DNA from: Naegleria gruberi
Lineage: Eukaryota
Reading direction: 5' to 3' (one strand)
DNA length: 64,000 nucleotides
Assembly: GCA_000004985.1 (NCBI GenBank)
Contig: GG738915.1
The notes beneath the pieces were generated by a model that ran no database searches, was not told where the DNA came from, and saw only the letters and a program-made list of their open reading frames with translations. A program made the position numbers and the translations under genes. Shown here in pieces: positions 14,504 through 26,439 of this stretch (position 1 is the stretch's first letter; the number at the start of each line of letters is the position of its first letter).

Positions 14504-15004
14504 ATCTGAAACTGTTTTGCAATTTACGGTAAAAAATTTGCGCTGTTAAATATTCGTGCCGAGAATCCTTTGAAAAAAAACGCGATAAAAAAAAGCTGAA
14601 AATCGAGGCTGTTTCTCGTTGTCTTATTTTTTTTTGAACCAATTTTTCACCACTCTTATTGGGGCGCAATATTTTACAATGAATTGTTCCGAAGTGTAGG
14701 AACATTACGTGCCACCTTCAATATTTTGATTTAATACTAGTAGTGAAGAGATCAACCGGTTCAATGAGTCACAAACGTTTTGATCCGTGTTCAGCTTATG
14801 TTCATTAATCTACAACAACTTTGTATCGACCTTATTCTTTTTTTTAATGAAGGTTTCTTAATATTGTAAGGATTATTGATGTTGGTAAATTACAGATGCT
14901 TTATGATTAAAAAAAGATCAATCCACAAAATCTTGGAAATAACATAGATAGATCTCCTTTTATGCTAATTTCCACCAATGAATGGAATAATCAAATAAAA
15001 AAAA

Positions 15005-15973
15005 ATGTGTGCCTTCCACATCAAGAATCTCTTCTCCTACTCGACATTGGATACTGACAATAATCCAATCTTGGGCAAACGATTGGATGAATCTCCCATT
15101 CACTACTCACACTTTGTTCCAGAACAACAACAATTTGGTATCTCTCTGTTGGGAGTGAGAGGTTCCGGTCGAACCACTCTCATGTTTCAATATGCTATGG
15201 GAGTGTTGAAGAATGATCCCGATACTTCTAGTACTGTGATGATTCTGTTGCATCGAAATTCATCACCACCTCTTCCGATATTTGATGAGGAGGATCCACA
15301 AGTTCTCAATATGCTGAAGCGCATCGAAGTTAAATATATTGATACGTATAATTTATTGGTAGCCTTCTTAGCCAATATTCAATTGTTGGATGACATTTCT
15401 CTGCCTCGATATTTATTTGTTGATAATTTATCAGCCTTCTTTGCTTCTCATCAGAAGGATAATCCACATCTTTCCATTATTAATGTGTTGAATGATGAAG
15501 AGGATGGAGGAGAGGAATTTAATTTTGCTCTCCTACCAGAGAATAATCAACAACAATCCACCACGAATCAACTCTTTGGTAGACAATCAACAACAACAAC
15601 AGCCCAATCATCTAATAACAATCCAGGCTTGGAGGCTCTTCATATTAGAGCTTTTGCTCTCCTTCAGAATGTCTGTGTCTTTCTTTCAAAGAAGTTTCCA
15701 TCATGTTATCCAAACTTTATGGTCACAGACTCGGACGAGACTTTTCCATTCTACTCGAGATGGTGTCCTATTGTTGTTACTATTGATCATTACAGGGAGG
15801 AAAATCAACAACAACCAATAACAAATCAACAAAAGAACAAATCTTCTTCCTTCATTGTTAAAGTTTCATCAATTAATGAAGTGAATGATCCGTATCGTAT
15901 GAAGGCTGTTTTTCAGCTTTCTGATAGTGAATGTTTGTTGAACAAGTTAGATTTTGCTCTGCCAGCACTTTAG
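15005..15973 (+). CDS. Hypothetical P-loop protein, possibly a RecA/Rad51-paralog-like (XRCC2-like) ATPase core with an N/Q/T-rich insertion
   Basis: 322-aa ORF. It has a Walker-A-like GVRGSGRTT followed about 80 aa later by a hydrophobic strand LFVDNLSAFFAS. This layout recalls XRCC2 (GPEGTGKTE ... LILDSLSAFYW). An internal tract reads QQQSTTNQLFGRQSTTTTAQSSNNN. Assignment to this family is from memory of motif spacing only. Confidence 0.35.
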   Translation: MCAFHIKNLFSYSTLDTDNNPILGKRLDESPIHYSHFVPEQQQFGISLLGVRGSGRTTLMFQYAMGVLKNDPDTSSTVMILLHRNSSPPLPIFDEEDPQVLNMLKRIEVKYIDTYNLLVAFLANIQLLDDISLPRYLFVDNLSAFFASHQKDNPHLSIINVLNDEEDGGEEFNFALLPENNQQQSTTNQLFGRQSTTTTAQSSNNNPGLEALHIRAFALLQNVCVFLSKKFPSCYPNFMVTDSDETFPFYSRWCPIVVTIDHYREENQQQPITNQQKNKSSSFIVKVSSINEVNDPYRMKAVFQLSDSECLLNKLDFALPAL

Positions 15974-16537
15974 GAATTATTTTCACATGAGAATTAGTTT
16001 GATGATTGGATTCAGGACTAACAATAACATATTATAGGAGAAGATTGCTACCAAACAATCTAATTTTGATATTATGGAAGGATGACAGGTATCTGTAGTT
16101 TCGCTCAATTGTATTAAACAGTTGTTGAAATTTCAATATCGTGCTTGAATCAACTTAAAGTTTGGGATTGAAGACGAAAGAGCTCCAAGCTTCAACAGCA
16201 GCTGGTTAACATTTTCAAATTGAATTGTCTCTCATAGAAATGATAATAAACCAGCGTGACGTGCTTCTTCTTTCCAACCTCTGATTTATATTTAGAAATC
16301 CATTAAAAAAATTAATAATTTTTGTTGTGGTGTTTTTAGAGTTGGAGGAATCATCAATAACACACAACACTACAATAAGTGCAATTTTATCATCATCATA
16401 CGTGTAGTTTGTGCTAGTCAATTTGTGTCCTGATCATAATATAACAACAACAACAATATTATCATCAGCATTAACAACATAATCTAGGAAACTAATAATA
16501 GTATTTTAATAGCATCATCACCAACAATAATAACAAG

Positions 16538-19500
16538 ATGAAGAATCGTATGTCTGTTGTGGATATCCGTTGCATTGTCGCGGAGTTGAGAGAACAATTG
16601 ATTGGTATGCGTTTGGCCAATCTTTATGACATTAACAAAAAGACTTATCTACTTAAATTTGCAAAAACTGATGAAAAGATTGTTGTTCTCATCGAATCAG
16701 GTATTAGAATTCATAGTACTGCTTTCGAAAGAGATAAATCAAAGATGCCAAGTCCATTTGTTTTAAAGGTAGGTTGTGATTTTCAAAGAAAATTCTTACA
16801 CAAATTATTTTCATCATGAAATAGATGAGAAAACATATTAGAACAAGGAGATTGGAAAAGTTGGAACAATTGGGAGTTGATCGTGTTGTTGATTTCACTT
16901 TCGGAGCTGAAGAAAAGGCATACCATCTTATAGTTGAATTCTTTGCAAAGGGTAACGTCGTTCTGACAGATTACCAATATAAAATCATTAGTATTTTACG
17001 TACACATAGTAAGGAAGCTGAGGCTGGTTTGTTTGCTGTGGGAGAAACATATCCAATTACAACTCGTTTACAATCTGATGGAATTTCAAAGCCAACTCTT
17101 GCACAAACAATCAAGACAGCTATAGAAAAGGAAAGAAATGCAGCCCTTGCACCAACAGAGGAAAATCCAGAAAATCCACAACCAACTCAAAAGAAGAAAC
17201 AACAAAAGAAAGCTCCAGCAGTTCCAACATTGACAGTGAAAAATTTATTGAATAATTATTTGGATTATGGTACAGGTTTTGTTGAACATTGTCTTTTGAC
17301 TGCAGATGTACTTGCATCTAATTTGAATTTACTTGATAATGCACATCCTGATACACTCAAATTAATTTCCGAGGTTGACAATGTCATTGCTTCATCCAAC
17401 GTTGAAACTCCAATTTTGGATAAGCTTGTATCTGCATTTAAACAAGTGGACGATTTCATTATGAGGATTAAGACTGAAAAACAAAGAGGTTATATTCTAC
17501 TGAAAGAAATTGTTCAACAACAAGTTTTGGATGAAGTTACTGTGGAAAATCCATTCCTTCCACCAAAGAAAGAACCAACCGAAAACGGTGAACCATCCTC
17601 AGAGGAACCTGTTGTTGAGCCTGAGATTGTATTGAACGATTTGCAACTCAAACAGATTGAGCTCATGAAGCAAGAAAAGAGGTTGTCAATTAAGAGAGAT
17701 CAATACGATGACTTTACACCATTTCTTTTTGAACAAGTCAGAAGAAAGATTCCTGCCGATAAGAATCAAATCAAAGTCATTGAATTTGACTCATTCGACC
17801 GATCTGCCGATGAGTTTTTCTCTGCCATTGAAGCTAAAAAGATTGAATCTCAAAAGTCAAGTATTGAAAATACAGTTGAAAAGAAGATGAGCAAGGTTAA
17901 AAGAGAACAAGAACTCAAATTGCAAGAATTGCAAGCCTCTTTCGATAAGTATGAAACAATTGCCACCTTGATTGAAACCCACTATGAGATTGTTGATCAA
18001 GCTATCCAAGTTATTTGTTCTGCTCTTGCCCAATCTCAATCATGGGAAACCATCAAGCAAATTATTAAGGAACACAGAGATGTGGATCCAATTGCTGCCA
18101 TGATTCACAAACTTAAATTGGAATCCAGTCAAATTACCGTTACCCTTCCTCCTCCATCTATCGATGACGATGATGAAGACGAATTTGAATATGAAGAATC
18201 AGATGAAGAAAATGATGATGAAGACGAAGAGAGTGATGATGAAGAAAAGAAGGAAAAGAAATCAGACAAGAAAAAGAAGGAAGAACCAATGAGAATTGAT
18301 ATTGACATTTCCTTGACAGCCCACGCCAATGCTGCCAAATACTACTCTCTCAGAAAGAAATCTGGAGAAAATAAGGAAAAGGCAGCTTTTGCTTCCAAGA
18401 AGGCCATTAAAAAGACCGAACAAAAGACTCTCGAATCTGCTAAAAAGTCTCAAATCAAATCAGAAATTACAATTAGAAGAAAGAGATTCTGGTTTGAAAA
18501 GTTCTATTGGTTTATCACCTCTGAGAATTATCTTGTTCTTGGTGGTCGTGATGCTCAACAAAACGAATTGGTTGTCAAGAGATATATGAGAAAGGGTGAT
18601 ATTTACATTCACGCTGATGTACATGGTGCTTCATCTTGTATCATTAAGAATCCAACGGGTGAACCAATTCCACCGCTCTCACTTCAAGAGGCTGGTATGT
18701 TTTGTGTTTGCAGAAGTGTTGCTTGGGACAATAAGGTAATGTCAAGTGCTTATTGGGTTTATGACCATCAAGTATCCAAGACAGCTCCAACTGGTGAATA
18801 TTTGACTGTTGGTAGTTTCATGATTCGTGGTAAGAAGAATTTCTTGCCTCCATCTCCTTTGGTTATGGGCTTTGCAGTAATGTTCAAAGTTGATGAATCA
18901 TGTATTCCAAATCACATTCAAGAGAGAAAACCAAGAATGTCTATAGAGGAAGCCTCTGAATATCTGACAAAGGTATCAGACTCTTTTGCTAATGATTATT
19001 ATGATAATGAATCGACCACTACTGGTACATTGGAGGAGGAAACTTCTACTGAAAAGAAGGAAGAAACCACCGTAACTACCACTACCTCTGCCAATGAAAC
19101 CACTGAAGAAGAGACAGATCCAGAAGTTAATCACAGCTCCAAAGTAACTAATGAAGAAATTCTTGAAATTGAAGAGGAAGATAATCAAAATGAGGAAGAA
19201 GAAAAAACTGAAGGAAATGATAAGAAGAGAGCTCTCTCTGCCAAGGAAAAGAAAATTTTACAACGTTTAAAGAAGAAGGGTATGACCGAACAAGCAGCCA
19301 GAGAGCTCATCATTTCTGGTCAAGCGACTGAAGATTCCAAATCTCAAAAAGAAGATGCCAAGAAACAAGACGAAGAAACCGAGGATAGTGAAAATACTGA
19401 GAATGACAAGTCAACTCTTCCAACCCACAAACCAAAGGGTATGAAGAGAGGTAAATGGAAGAAGTTAAAGACCAAGTATGCTGACCAAGACGAAGAAGAA

Positions 19501-20034
19501 AGACAAGTAATGATTGAATTAATTGGTAACAAGCCAAAGGAAAGACCAAAAGAAGATGAAATGAAGCAAGTACAAAAGAAGAAGGAAGAAGAACAACGTA
19601 AGAAGAAACAAGAACAAGCAGAAATTAAGAAATTCCTTGCCGATGAAAATATTCCTTTCATGGATGATGAAGATAAGGAAAAGCTTACTGAAATCGACAG
19701 TTTGACAGGTCAACCAAGAGATGACGATATTTTCTTATTTGCCATTCCAGTTTGTGCTCCATATACTTGCCTCAAGAATTATACCTATAAGGTCAAACTC
19801 GTTCCAGCAGGTACAAACACAAAGAAAGGTAAGGTTGGTAAGGAAGCTATTGCAATCATGAGATCAGAATCCAAGAACTTGCCAATGGTTGAGGCTTGCA
19901 TCAAATCAATTGATGAAGCTGATATTGGTGGTTGTTTGGTTGGTAATTGTAGAATTGCCTCATCAAGGAAGAGTAACTTCAATCCTCAAAAGAAGAAGAA
20001 GAAACCAACCTCTTCCTCTTCAAAGGACGAATAG
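16538..20034 (+). CDS. NEMF / Rqc2 / Tae2 (ribosome quality control complex subunit, NFACT family), 2 exons: 16538-16768 and 16825-20034
   Basis: The N-terminus MKNRMSVVDIRCIVAELREQLIGMRLANLYDINKKTYLLKF is a classic NFACT-N/FbpA start. A GTAGGT donor at 16769 and an ATAG acceptor ending at 16824 link it in frame to the 1069-aa ORF. The central region is acidic (DDDDEDEFEYEESDEENDDEDEESDDEE). The C-terminal region carries a conserved NFACT-R/C-like segment (KRFWFEKFYWFITSENYLVLGGRDAQQNELVVKRYMRKGDIYIHADVHGASSCIIKN). Confidence 0.85.
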
Positions 20035-20228
20035 CCCTGTATTGTAATAAAATAATATATTTTGTGTAAATGATTCTTCATGAGTAGTAACTACTTTCAG
20101 TTATTTCCAGCAAAGCATGCCAACTATCCCTTATTATCTATTCGAAAGAAGGAACTTTGAATACAAAATCTCTCTTATTTTTTAAGGAACTAATTTTGGC
20201 GCCATCCTTAAAAACTTTTTCAAATAAA

Positions 20229-21134
20229 ATGATGCAACGAAGAACTCCCTCATCCAATACAACAACGACTACAACTGCTTCTAAACCCCTCTCACAGAGA
20301 TCATCTTCTACAACCCGAATCACATCTGGAGGAGGCCTTTCTTCAAGACAACCCTCATCAACGCCGAGTAGTCAGAACACTCCGCTCAATACAAGAGGAA
20401 CAAGGCTAACTTCAGCCTCATCATCAACGAGTAGTGGCAGCACAACAGCAAGGAGAGCTAATTCAACCAATGCAAGAGGAACTACGACAACGAAATCATC
20501 AGGAAGCAATGCAACGAATGGTATTCCAATGGAGTCAAAACCTAAAAAACTCTCCCAAGAACGATATGATAAACATAAAACAGCAAATCCATTCACTGCC
20601 AAGAATAAATTCAAAACAACTTTCGGAGGAGTTTACGAAGCTGGTGGAATACCTTGTAGAATACATCACACTGCTGCACATATGCATTTGAGCTGGGAAA
20701 AACCACTTCCTGACATACCTTATGATCCTCTCATTCTCACTGTGTCTGATGGTTTGAGAGAAACTGATCACCCTTATATTTTCATTGTACAAAAGGCATT
20801 TGAAGAGATGTGTAAAGCTGAGGAAGCTGCAGAAAAGATTATTCCACTATTGAGACAAATAACATCCTTCATCAGAATGGCACTGCAGAGTAAGGAGAAT
20901 GTGATATTTGAAAATGCATTGTCTGCTGTTCAACATTTGACTGCCTGTGTTGGAGATGCCATCATTCCACACTTACCTCTTGTGCTTGTACAGATCAGTA
21001 AGAAGACATTTGATAAGAAATATGCAAATAAGATCATGGATATACTGCAAAATATTGAGCAATCATGCGAAAACTCTGCAGAAGTTGTCAAATTAATTAA
21101 GGCAAAAGTGCCAACCTATGTAAATATTCGCTAG
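20229..21134 (+). CDS. PACRG: PACRG (Parkin co-regulated gene protein; axonemal doublet inner-junction protein) with an S/T-rich N-terminal extension
   Basis: The C-terminal 180 aa align by eye with PACRG. VSDGLRETDHPYIFIVQKAF matches human FFDGLCEMTFPYEFFARQG. KIIPLLRQITSFIRMALQSKENVI matches [24 protein letters not shown]. The C-terminal KAKVPTY motif is conserved. The likely start is the ATG at 20229; the ORF track begins earlier at 20157. Confidence 0.8.
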   Translation: MMQRRTPSSNTTTTTTASKPLSQRSSSTTRITSGGGLSSRQPSSTPSSQNTPLNTRGTRLTSASSSTSSGSTTARRANSTNARGTTTTKSSGSNATNGIPMESKPKKLSQERYDKHKTANPFTAKNKFKTTFGGVYEAGGIPCRIHHTAAHMHLSWEKPLPDIPYDPLILTVSDGLRETDHPYIFIVQKAFEEMCKAEEAAEKIIPLLRQITSFIRMALQSKENVIFENALSAVQHLTACVGDAIIPHLPLVLVQISKKTFDKKYANKIMDILQNIEQSCENSAEVVKLIKAKVPTYVNIR

Positions 21135-21340
21135 TAGTAAATCAGTTTTTAAGAATTAGAATTGCCAAAGTTAATTTATTTAAAAACCAATTTTAGCTTT
21201 TGTAGAAACGAAATTATTATGAAGAGCTTTTACAAAAATTCAATGAGAACTGTTGTAAATGTTCAAATAAACAAAGCCTATAAAACATTACTAGTATTCT
21301 TAATAATATTAAGAATACTATTAATACTAAGTAAACTTGC

Positions 21341-22924
21341 TTAACAATCCGTTAGTTGCAATTGTGGGAAAATGTCCTTAAGTGAACTTGATGAAGAACA
21401 AGTAGAAAACCTATTGCCCATCAAAAGTAGTACTTTTAGTTTAGAAAATACTGGCTTTTTAAATAGGGGGATAGCAATCGTAGGCAGGAAATTGGAGGTT
21501 AAATTCAACACTTCTAAATTCTCAAATTTTCCTTCTGATAAGAAGTTGATACCTCTTGTCTTGATTCTATTAAACGAAAGATTCAATTCCTGTAATGATT
21601 TCAAAGTATCACAAGCTAAATTCTCACATCCAAAACATGTGATACAATTTCTATTCAGCTTGAGCTTTTTCAGATTTGAAAACATTGGTGATTGAAATAC
21701 TACACAACCTTCATCTCCAAAGAAATTACCTTCCAACGATAATTCACTAAGATTATTCATTATTCCTTCAGAGAGGTAAATCATTGCAGAACTATTGATT
21801 TTGGCATCAGCTATTTTCAGAGTTCGGATTTCTTTCAAACCTTTTGAAATAAAACTTGCTCCTTCGTATCCAAGTGGATTTCCTGTCATGTCCAAATGAG
21901 TTATACTCTCAAAATTCCCAATATTCTTGCATGCTGATCCAGGTATATTGTTTCCAACAATAATTAATTTCCTCATACTTGTATTTTTCTGACTGCACAA
22001 TGATTCAAAACCTTCTTCAATATTGTTAAATGATAGATCGAGATATTCCATATTCTGGAGACAACTAGATAAGTATTTAGCACCCTCTGAGCTGATACAA
22101 TTATGAGAAAGATCCAGTATTTTCAAGTTAGTCAGATTTGATAATTCTTTGCACGAGTCAAGTTCAATTGCACTGGCAGTTACTGAGAGAGAATAAACAT
22201 TGGAAAGGGTATTATTTCTGGCAAGATTGGAAAATCCATAATCACTGATCATGCAATGATCCAGTTTAAGTTCCTGCAAAAATGGTTTTGGAGTTCGTGA
22301 AAATTCCCTACATGCAAAATCTGTAATCCTCAATCCATGAATTTCTAATTTTCTGATATTATTTAAATTACCCATTACTGTTTCAATGTATGCATTTTCT
22401 TGTTCATTGAAAATATTAATAAATCCACAGTCATGCAAACTCAGCTCTTGAATGTTTGTGAAATGTCTACAAACACTTGCTACCAGTACACAATAGTAAT
22501 TTGTATTCTTAACCATACCAGTAATGGTATCATGGTAAAGGCTAGTTGCTGTTTGTGCTGAAGCATTAAACCACTTTTTACAAACCATTGCACACTTGGC
22601 CAATGATTCAAACTCTAAATACGAAAAAATCTCCATATAAAACAATTCATCTGGCACTTCATTCAAATGAGATAATATCAAACTTTGTTTTTTTCGTTTA
22701 GAATCTTGCACCACAACAGACCTATCTTTCAATTCTTCTTTCATTTCTCTATGCTCTCTCTTTCTTTTCAATTGCTTTGTGTTCATTTTTCTTTCGGACG
22801 AAGAAGCATTACAACGTGAGGCTTGTTTTAAATTTGGAATCTCGTCAATATTTTTTGGATCAAAGGTAAAAACGTTGTTGGCTATTTGCGGAGTTCGGTG
22901 TACTAGCTTCATTCTGATCATCAC
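21341..22924 (-). CDS. F-box / RNI-type leucine-rich-repeat protein
   Basis: 527-aa ORF. An N-terminal F-box-like segment (LILSHLNEVPDELFYMEIFSYLEFESLAKCAMVCKKWFN) is followed by more than 12 ribonuclease-inhibitor-type LRRs (L..L.L..N.I...G...L). Confidence 0.7.
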   Translation of the reverse strand: MMIRMKLVHRTPQIANNVFTFDPKNIDEIPNLKQASRCNASSSERKMNTKQLKRKREHREMKEELKDRSVVVQDSKRKKQSLILSHLNEVPDELFYMEIFSYLEFESLAKCAMVCKKWFNASAQTATSLYHDTITGMVKNTNYYCVLVASVCRHFTNIQELSLHDCGFINIFNEQENAYIETVMGNLNNIRKLEIHGLRITDFACREFSRTPKPFLQELKLDHCMISDYGFSNLARNNTLSNVYSLSVTASAIELDSCKELSNLTNLKILDLSHNCISSEGAKYLSSCLQNMEYLDLSFNNIEEGFESLCSQKNTSMRKLIIVGNNIPGSACKNIGNFESITHLDMTGNPLGYEGASFISKGLKEIRTLKIADAKINSSAMIYLSEGIMNNLSELSLEGNFFGDEGCVVFQSPMFSNLKKLKLNRNCITCFGCENLACDTLKSLQELNLSFNRIKTRGINFLSEGKFENLEVLNLTSNFLPTIAIPLFKKPVFSKLKVLLLMGNRFSTCSSSSSLKDIFPQLQLTDC

Positions 22925-23114
22925 GCGAAACCTTTTGTTGTTTTTTTATTTTTTAAAAATTTAAAAATTGTTTGTTCCTTTTTTTGTGCTATTTTGAGAG
23001 ATGGGAATTGCGATTCTTTTCCTTGATTGAACTCGCAGAAGTTTTATGGAACACTTTGTAAAAAAGACAAATGAATATGTTCTGAATTCTTAAATGGAGA
23101 GTTGGGAAATCAAG

Positions 23115-24605
23115 TTATTTGTTGTAGAAGAGGGAATAACCGTAGATTAGTCTAAGGATAATGTTTGAGCTAGTTTCTTCCACCAATCCAGTATCAGTGT
23201 TGTTAAGGGGTTGAGTATTGGAGAGGAAGATTTGTCTAATGACTGGCTGTAGGGAGTTAGAAATGACCTGAGAGAGAGGAATCTTACTACTGTGAATATG
23301 GAGATAGTTGTATCCATTCTTGAGGGTTGTGAATTTAATTCCCTCATTTCTGCAGCCATTTAGATTAAGTAATTGATTAATGGGAAAGTTGTGAATGAGT
23401 ACCATGATGGAGGTGATGATTTTTCTTATGGAAACAATGCTAAAGAAGAGGAAAGAGAAACTCAAGTAATAAACTGCAACAGTTGGATAGAGGAATATGC
23501 AAATGGTAAAGAGAATGATGCCTAGAATGAGTTGATCATTAGAATAGTCCTCACAATTGTCCAATCTCTTCTTGAGCGGATTAGCCTTCTTTCCTCTAAA
23601 TAATCTCCACAATGAAAATATCAAATGAATGAGTTGGTTGTAGAGTCTTGAAATTATTCTGTAAAAGAGTAAAATATTGATCGATACAACAAGTAGCAAA
23701 TCACAAACAAGTGCCAACATGGTCGATGCTCCCATCAGGCAAGAGGAGGATATAGACCATATTAAAACTCTAAACAAATCTACTGTGAAAAAATCTGAGA
23801 GATAGTAAAAACCAAAACTCAATAGAGTTTGCCACCATCTCAATCCTCCGAGTGCCATTTGTCCCAATATGATATTCAACTGTTTGTTCAATTTAATACC
23901 TCCTGGATTACTGTCCTTTATCAACCATTCAAAGTGTTGAAACATGTTAATTAAAATGTACTTGTAGAGAGAAATAAATCGTTTTTTCAAATCAATTAAT
24001 GTTGATTCATCCAATTTCCAAACATGATAGATTATCAAAAATCCTAATATCAAATCTAAAATCATATTAAAAGACATTCCAATCCTACTAATATTCTCCA
24101 AATGTTTCTTCAATATACTCGAATTGATAGGAGTGTTAAATAGTGAATATTCTATTGCTTCTCTTCTCGCTTTGGAATTTCCATTATTTAAATGTTCTAG
24201 TGATGACAAAGTTTTCTCCTCATCACGATCCAAAGAATATTTGTACTTTGTATTCCTATCATAATAAATATAATAAATATTATTAATTGAATAATCATCG
24301 GAATGATCAGTGAGAATTATTCTCGAATTTTCAAGAGTAAAATTGAATTTTGAATGATATAATTTAGGAGTGGTAGTACTGCTCTGATGTAAATATCCAA
24401 TACTAGTTGATGGATCACTATTTGCAATCAAATCTTCTTCTGATGAAGCAAGTAATGGTTTTGCATCTTGAATGATAACATCCAAAATTGATTCACTCGG
24501 TTGTCTGATAATTCCTTCCACAATGTGTAGTTTTGAATTTTGTGTTATGCATTCCTTTTCAAATCCGAACGGTATGTAAATATTCAGAGAAAGCAATCGT
24601 GCCAT
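23115..24605 (-). CDS. PIGQ: PIG-Q / Gpi1 (GPI-GlcNAc transferase complex subunit)
   Basis: 496-aa multi-TM ORF. The C-terminal region aligns with human PIG-Q. [55 protein letters not shown] matches [73 protein letters not shown] matches AGNPAGLKLNTPLDQFLGR. Confidence 0.8.
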   Translation of the reverse strand: [496 protein letters not shown]

Positions 24606-24629
24606 TTTTTTACAATAACATTTAATTAT

Positions 24630-26391
24630 TTAATTATTAACTATTTGATAATCGGAGGAGGAATTATTATGATCTGATAAGAGAGATTCCTTATTTGAAT
24701 TAGAAACGGAGTGTGTCTCTTTCTTTTTACAACAACAATAGAAATTAGAGAATTCTTCTGAATCAAACTCAACATAACTCAAACAGAACAAGAAAGAATG
24801 AATGAAAAACATGTGAATGACAGAGTAGAAGAATCCAATTTCACCCAGGGATACATTTAGAAGGTTGATGATCATAATTCCAACGTTATAAAGGAATAAA
24901 CAACTCATGCCAAGAATTGACAATTTCAAACTCTTCAGATTGTGTTAACATATTTAAATATTGAACACATTAACAACTTACACTAGAGTGGAAGAGGCTC
25001 ACTTCTGTCAGCCTTCTCAACATTAAGAAAATGAAAATTATAAAGACTCCAAATATTGTTGGCAGGGCTATTCCAACAGCAAATAAGAAGGCTGACAGAT
25101 TCCTGTACCTATCGAGTAGATCAGTACTTGAAGTTATAATAATTACAAAAAGTGTAACTTCCAACACGAGTGCAAGAATTAAAACACAATATGTGATGAA
25201 AGGAGAGAGTATCCTTTTGTACTTGAACGAGTAAATTGTTCTCAGCCATTGTAAAACAACTGAAAGTAAGGTTTGTGTGATAAAAATCAGAGCCATACTC
25301 GTAAAAACAAGGACATAAATTTCCTCTGAAAATATGAGAAGCATACTGGCCATTAAATATGAAAATTCTGTCAGGCATATGAAGAGTGAAGTAAGTATTT
25401 TCATGTGTTGTCTCCTTAAATCTTTGAGTTTAGGTAGGAAAATCAAAACAATTGTTATAATAAAAAATAGAGCCATGAAGAATAAGTAAGCAAACTTTAC
25501 ACCAAGTCTGAAATTAGAAGTCATATAGTTATTGTTACATTTGAAAGAGAAGTACTCATTGTTTAAATTTCCAACACAATTACAAATATAGCAATATTGG
25601 CTTGAATATTGATTTGGAAGAATAGATGTTGTGTCCACAATTATTGGTAGTCCCAGCTCTTCAAATCCACAATAACTGATACTCGATGGAAAATATCTAA
25701 TCATTTTTTGAACTATTGGATCCACAATTGAACGAGTGTCCAAATTCCTTATGGGGGTGTCACTGCAATAATTGCAGAAATTAATCCACTCATAAATAGT
25801 TGTTTGGTTTTTAGTAATTCTATTAATTCTGGAAATGATATCATTTTCTGTTGAATTGAACAGCAAATCTCCACAAGTTATATTCAGTTTCGTCTCCCAA
25901 AATTTAATCTTTTCACATAAATTATATTTTCCATAAGGCGTAAAGTAAAACTCTCCATATAGATTAGAAAGCACACCAATATGAGAGATTGGAACGTGAT
26001 AACTTCTCGATATTTTAACTTCGTTACATTTGAAATCTCCATACTCTGAATTTCTAATAACCTCATTAGCAAATTTACTTTTATCCATCAAGATTTCATC
26101 CACATTCACACAATCAACAAAGTTACTTCCAATCGATCTCAAAGAATGATTTCCTTTTTCAAAGAACTTATTCTCGCTCCACATATTAACAGTTGAATGA
26201 TCACGTCCATTCCTATTGATCGTCCTAATTTCATTCCGATACAGTTGATAAAATAACATAGAGGGTGAATAGCATTCTGCCTTAAATAACATGACGATAA
26301 TTGCCATCATCAAGACGAATATTAAAACAAAATAACTTTTCAAAGATAATTGAATGTTCTCTCCACCTCCTCGGACGAGATATCTCATCAT
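24630..26391 (-). CDS. 7-transmembrane receptor-like protein with a Cys-rich N-terminal ectodomain (GPR107/108/TMEM87 'LUSTR'-like topology), 2 exons: 26391-24982 and 24932-24630
   Basis: The 473-aa ORF ends three codons after a strong GTAAGT donor (minus strand, plus coordinates 24976-24981). A 49-nt intron runs to a CTGAAG acceptor. It joins in frame to the TTG-initiated 99-aa ORF 24630..24929, which supplies two further TM helices. The protein has a signal/TM at the N-terminus, a cysteine-rich ectodomain of about 270 aa, and then 7 predicted TM helices. Family assignment is weak. Confidence 0.5.
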
Positions 26392-26439
26392 TTTTTTTAA
26401 AAGGAAATACGCAAGCGTGATAAAGTATTATGTGTTAGT

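Noticed and set aside
17120-19982. Numerous 60-105-aa minus-strand ORFs inside NEMF
   Set aside because: They are antisense to a conserved multi-domain gene and have K/E/S-rich reverse-complement composition. No support.
20157-20228. The upstream extension of the PACRG ORF (MNTKSLLFFKELILAPSLKTFSNK)
   Set aside because: It is hydrophobic, non-conserved, and precedes a better-context ATG (aaaATGATG at 20229). It is more likely 5' UTR. Not certain.
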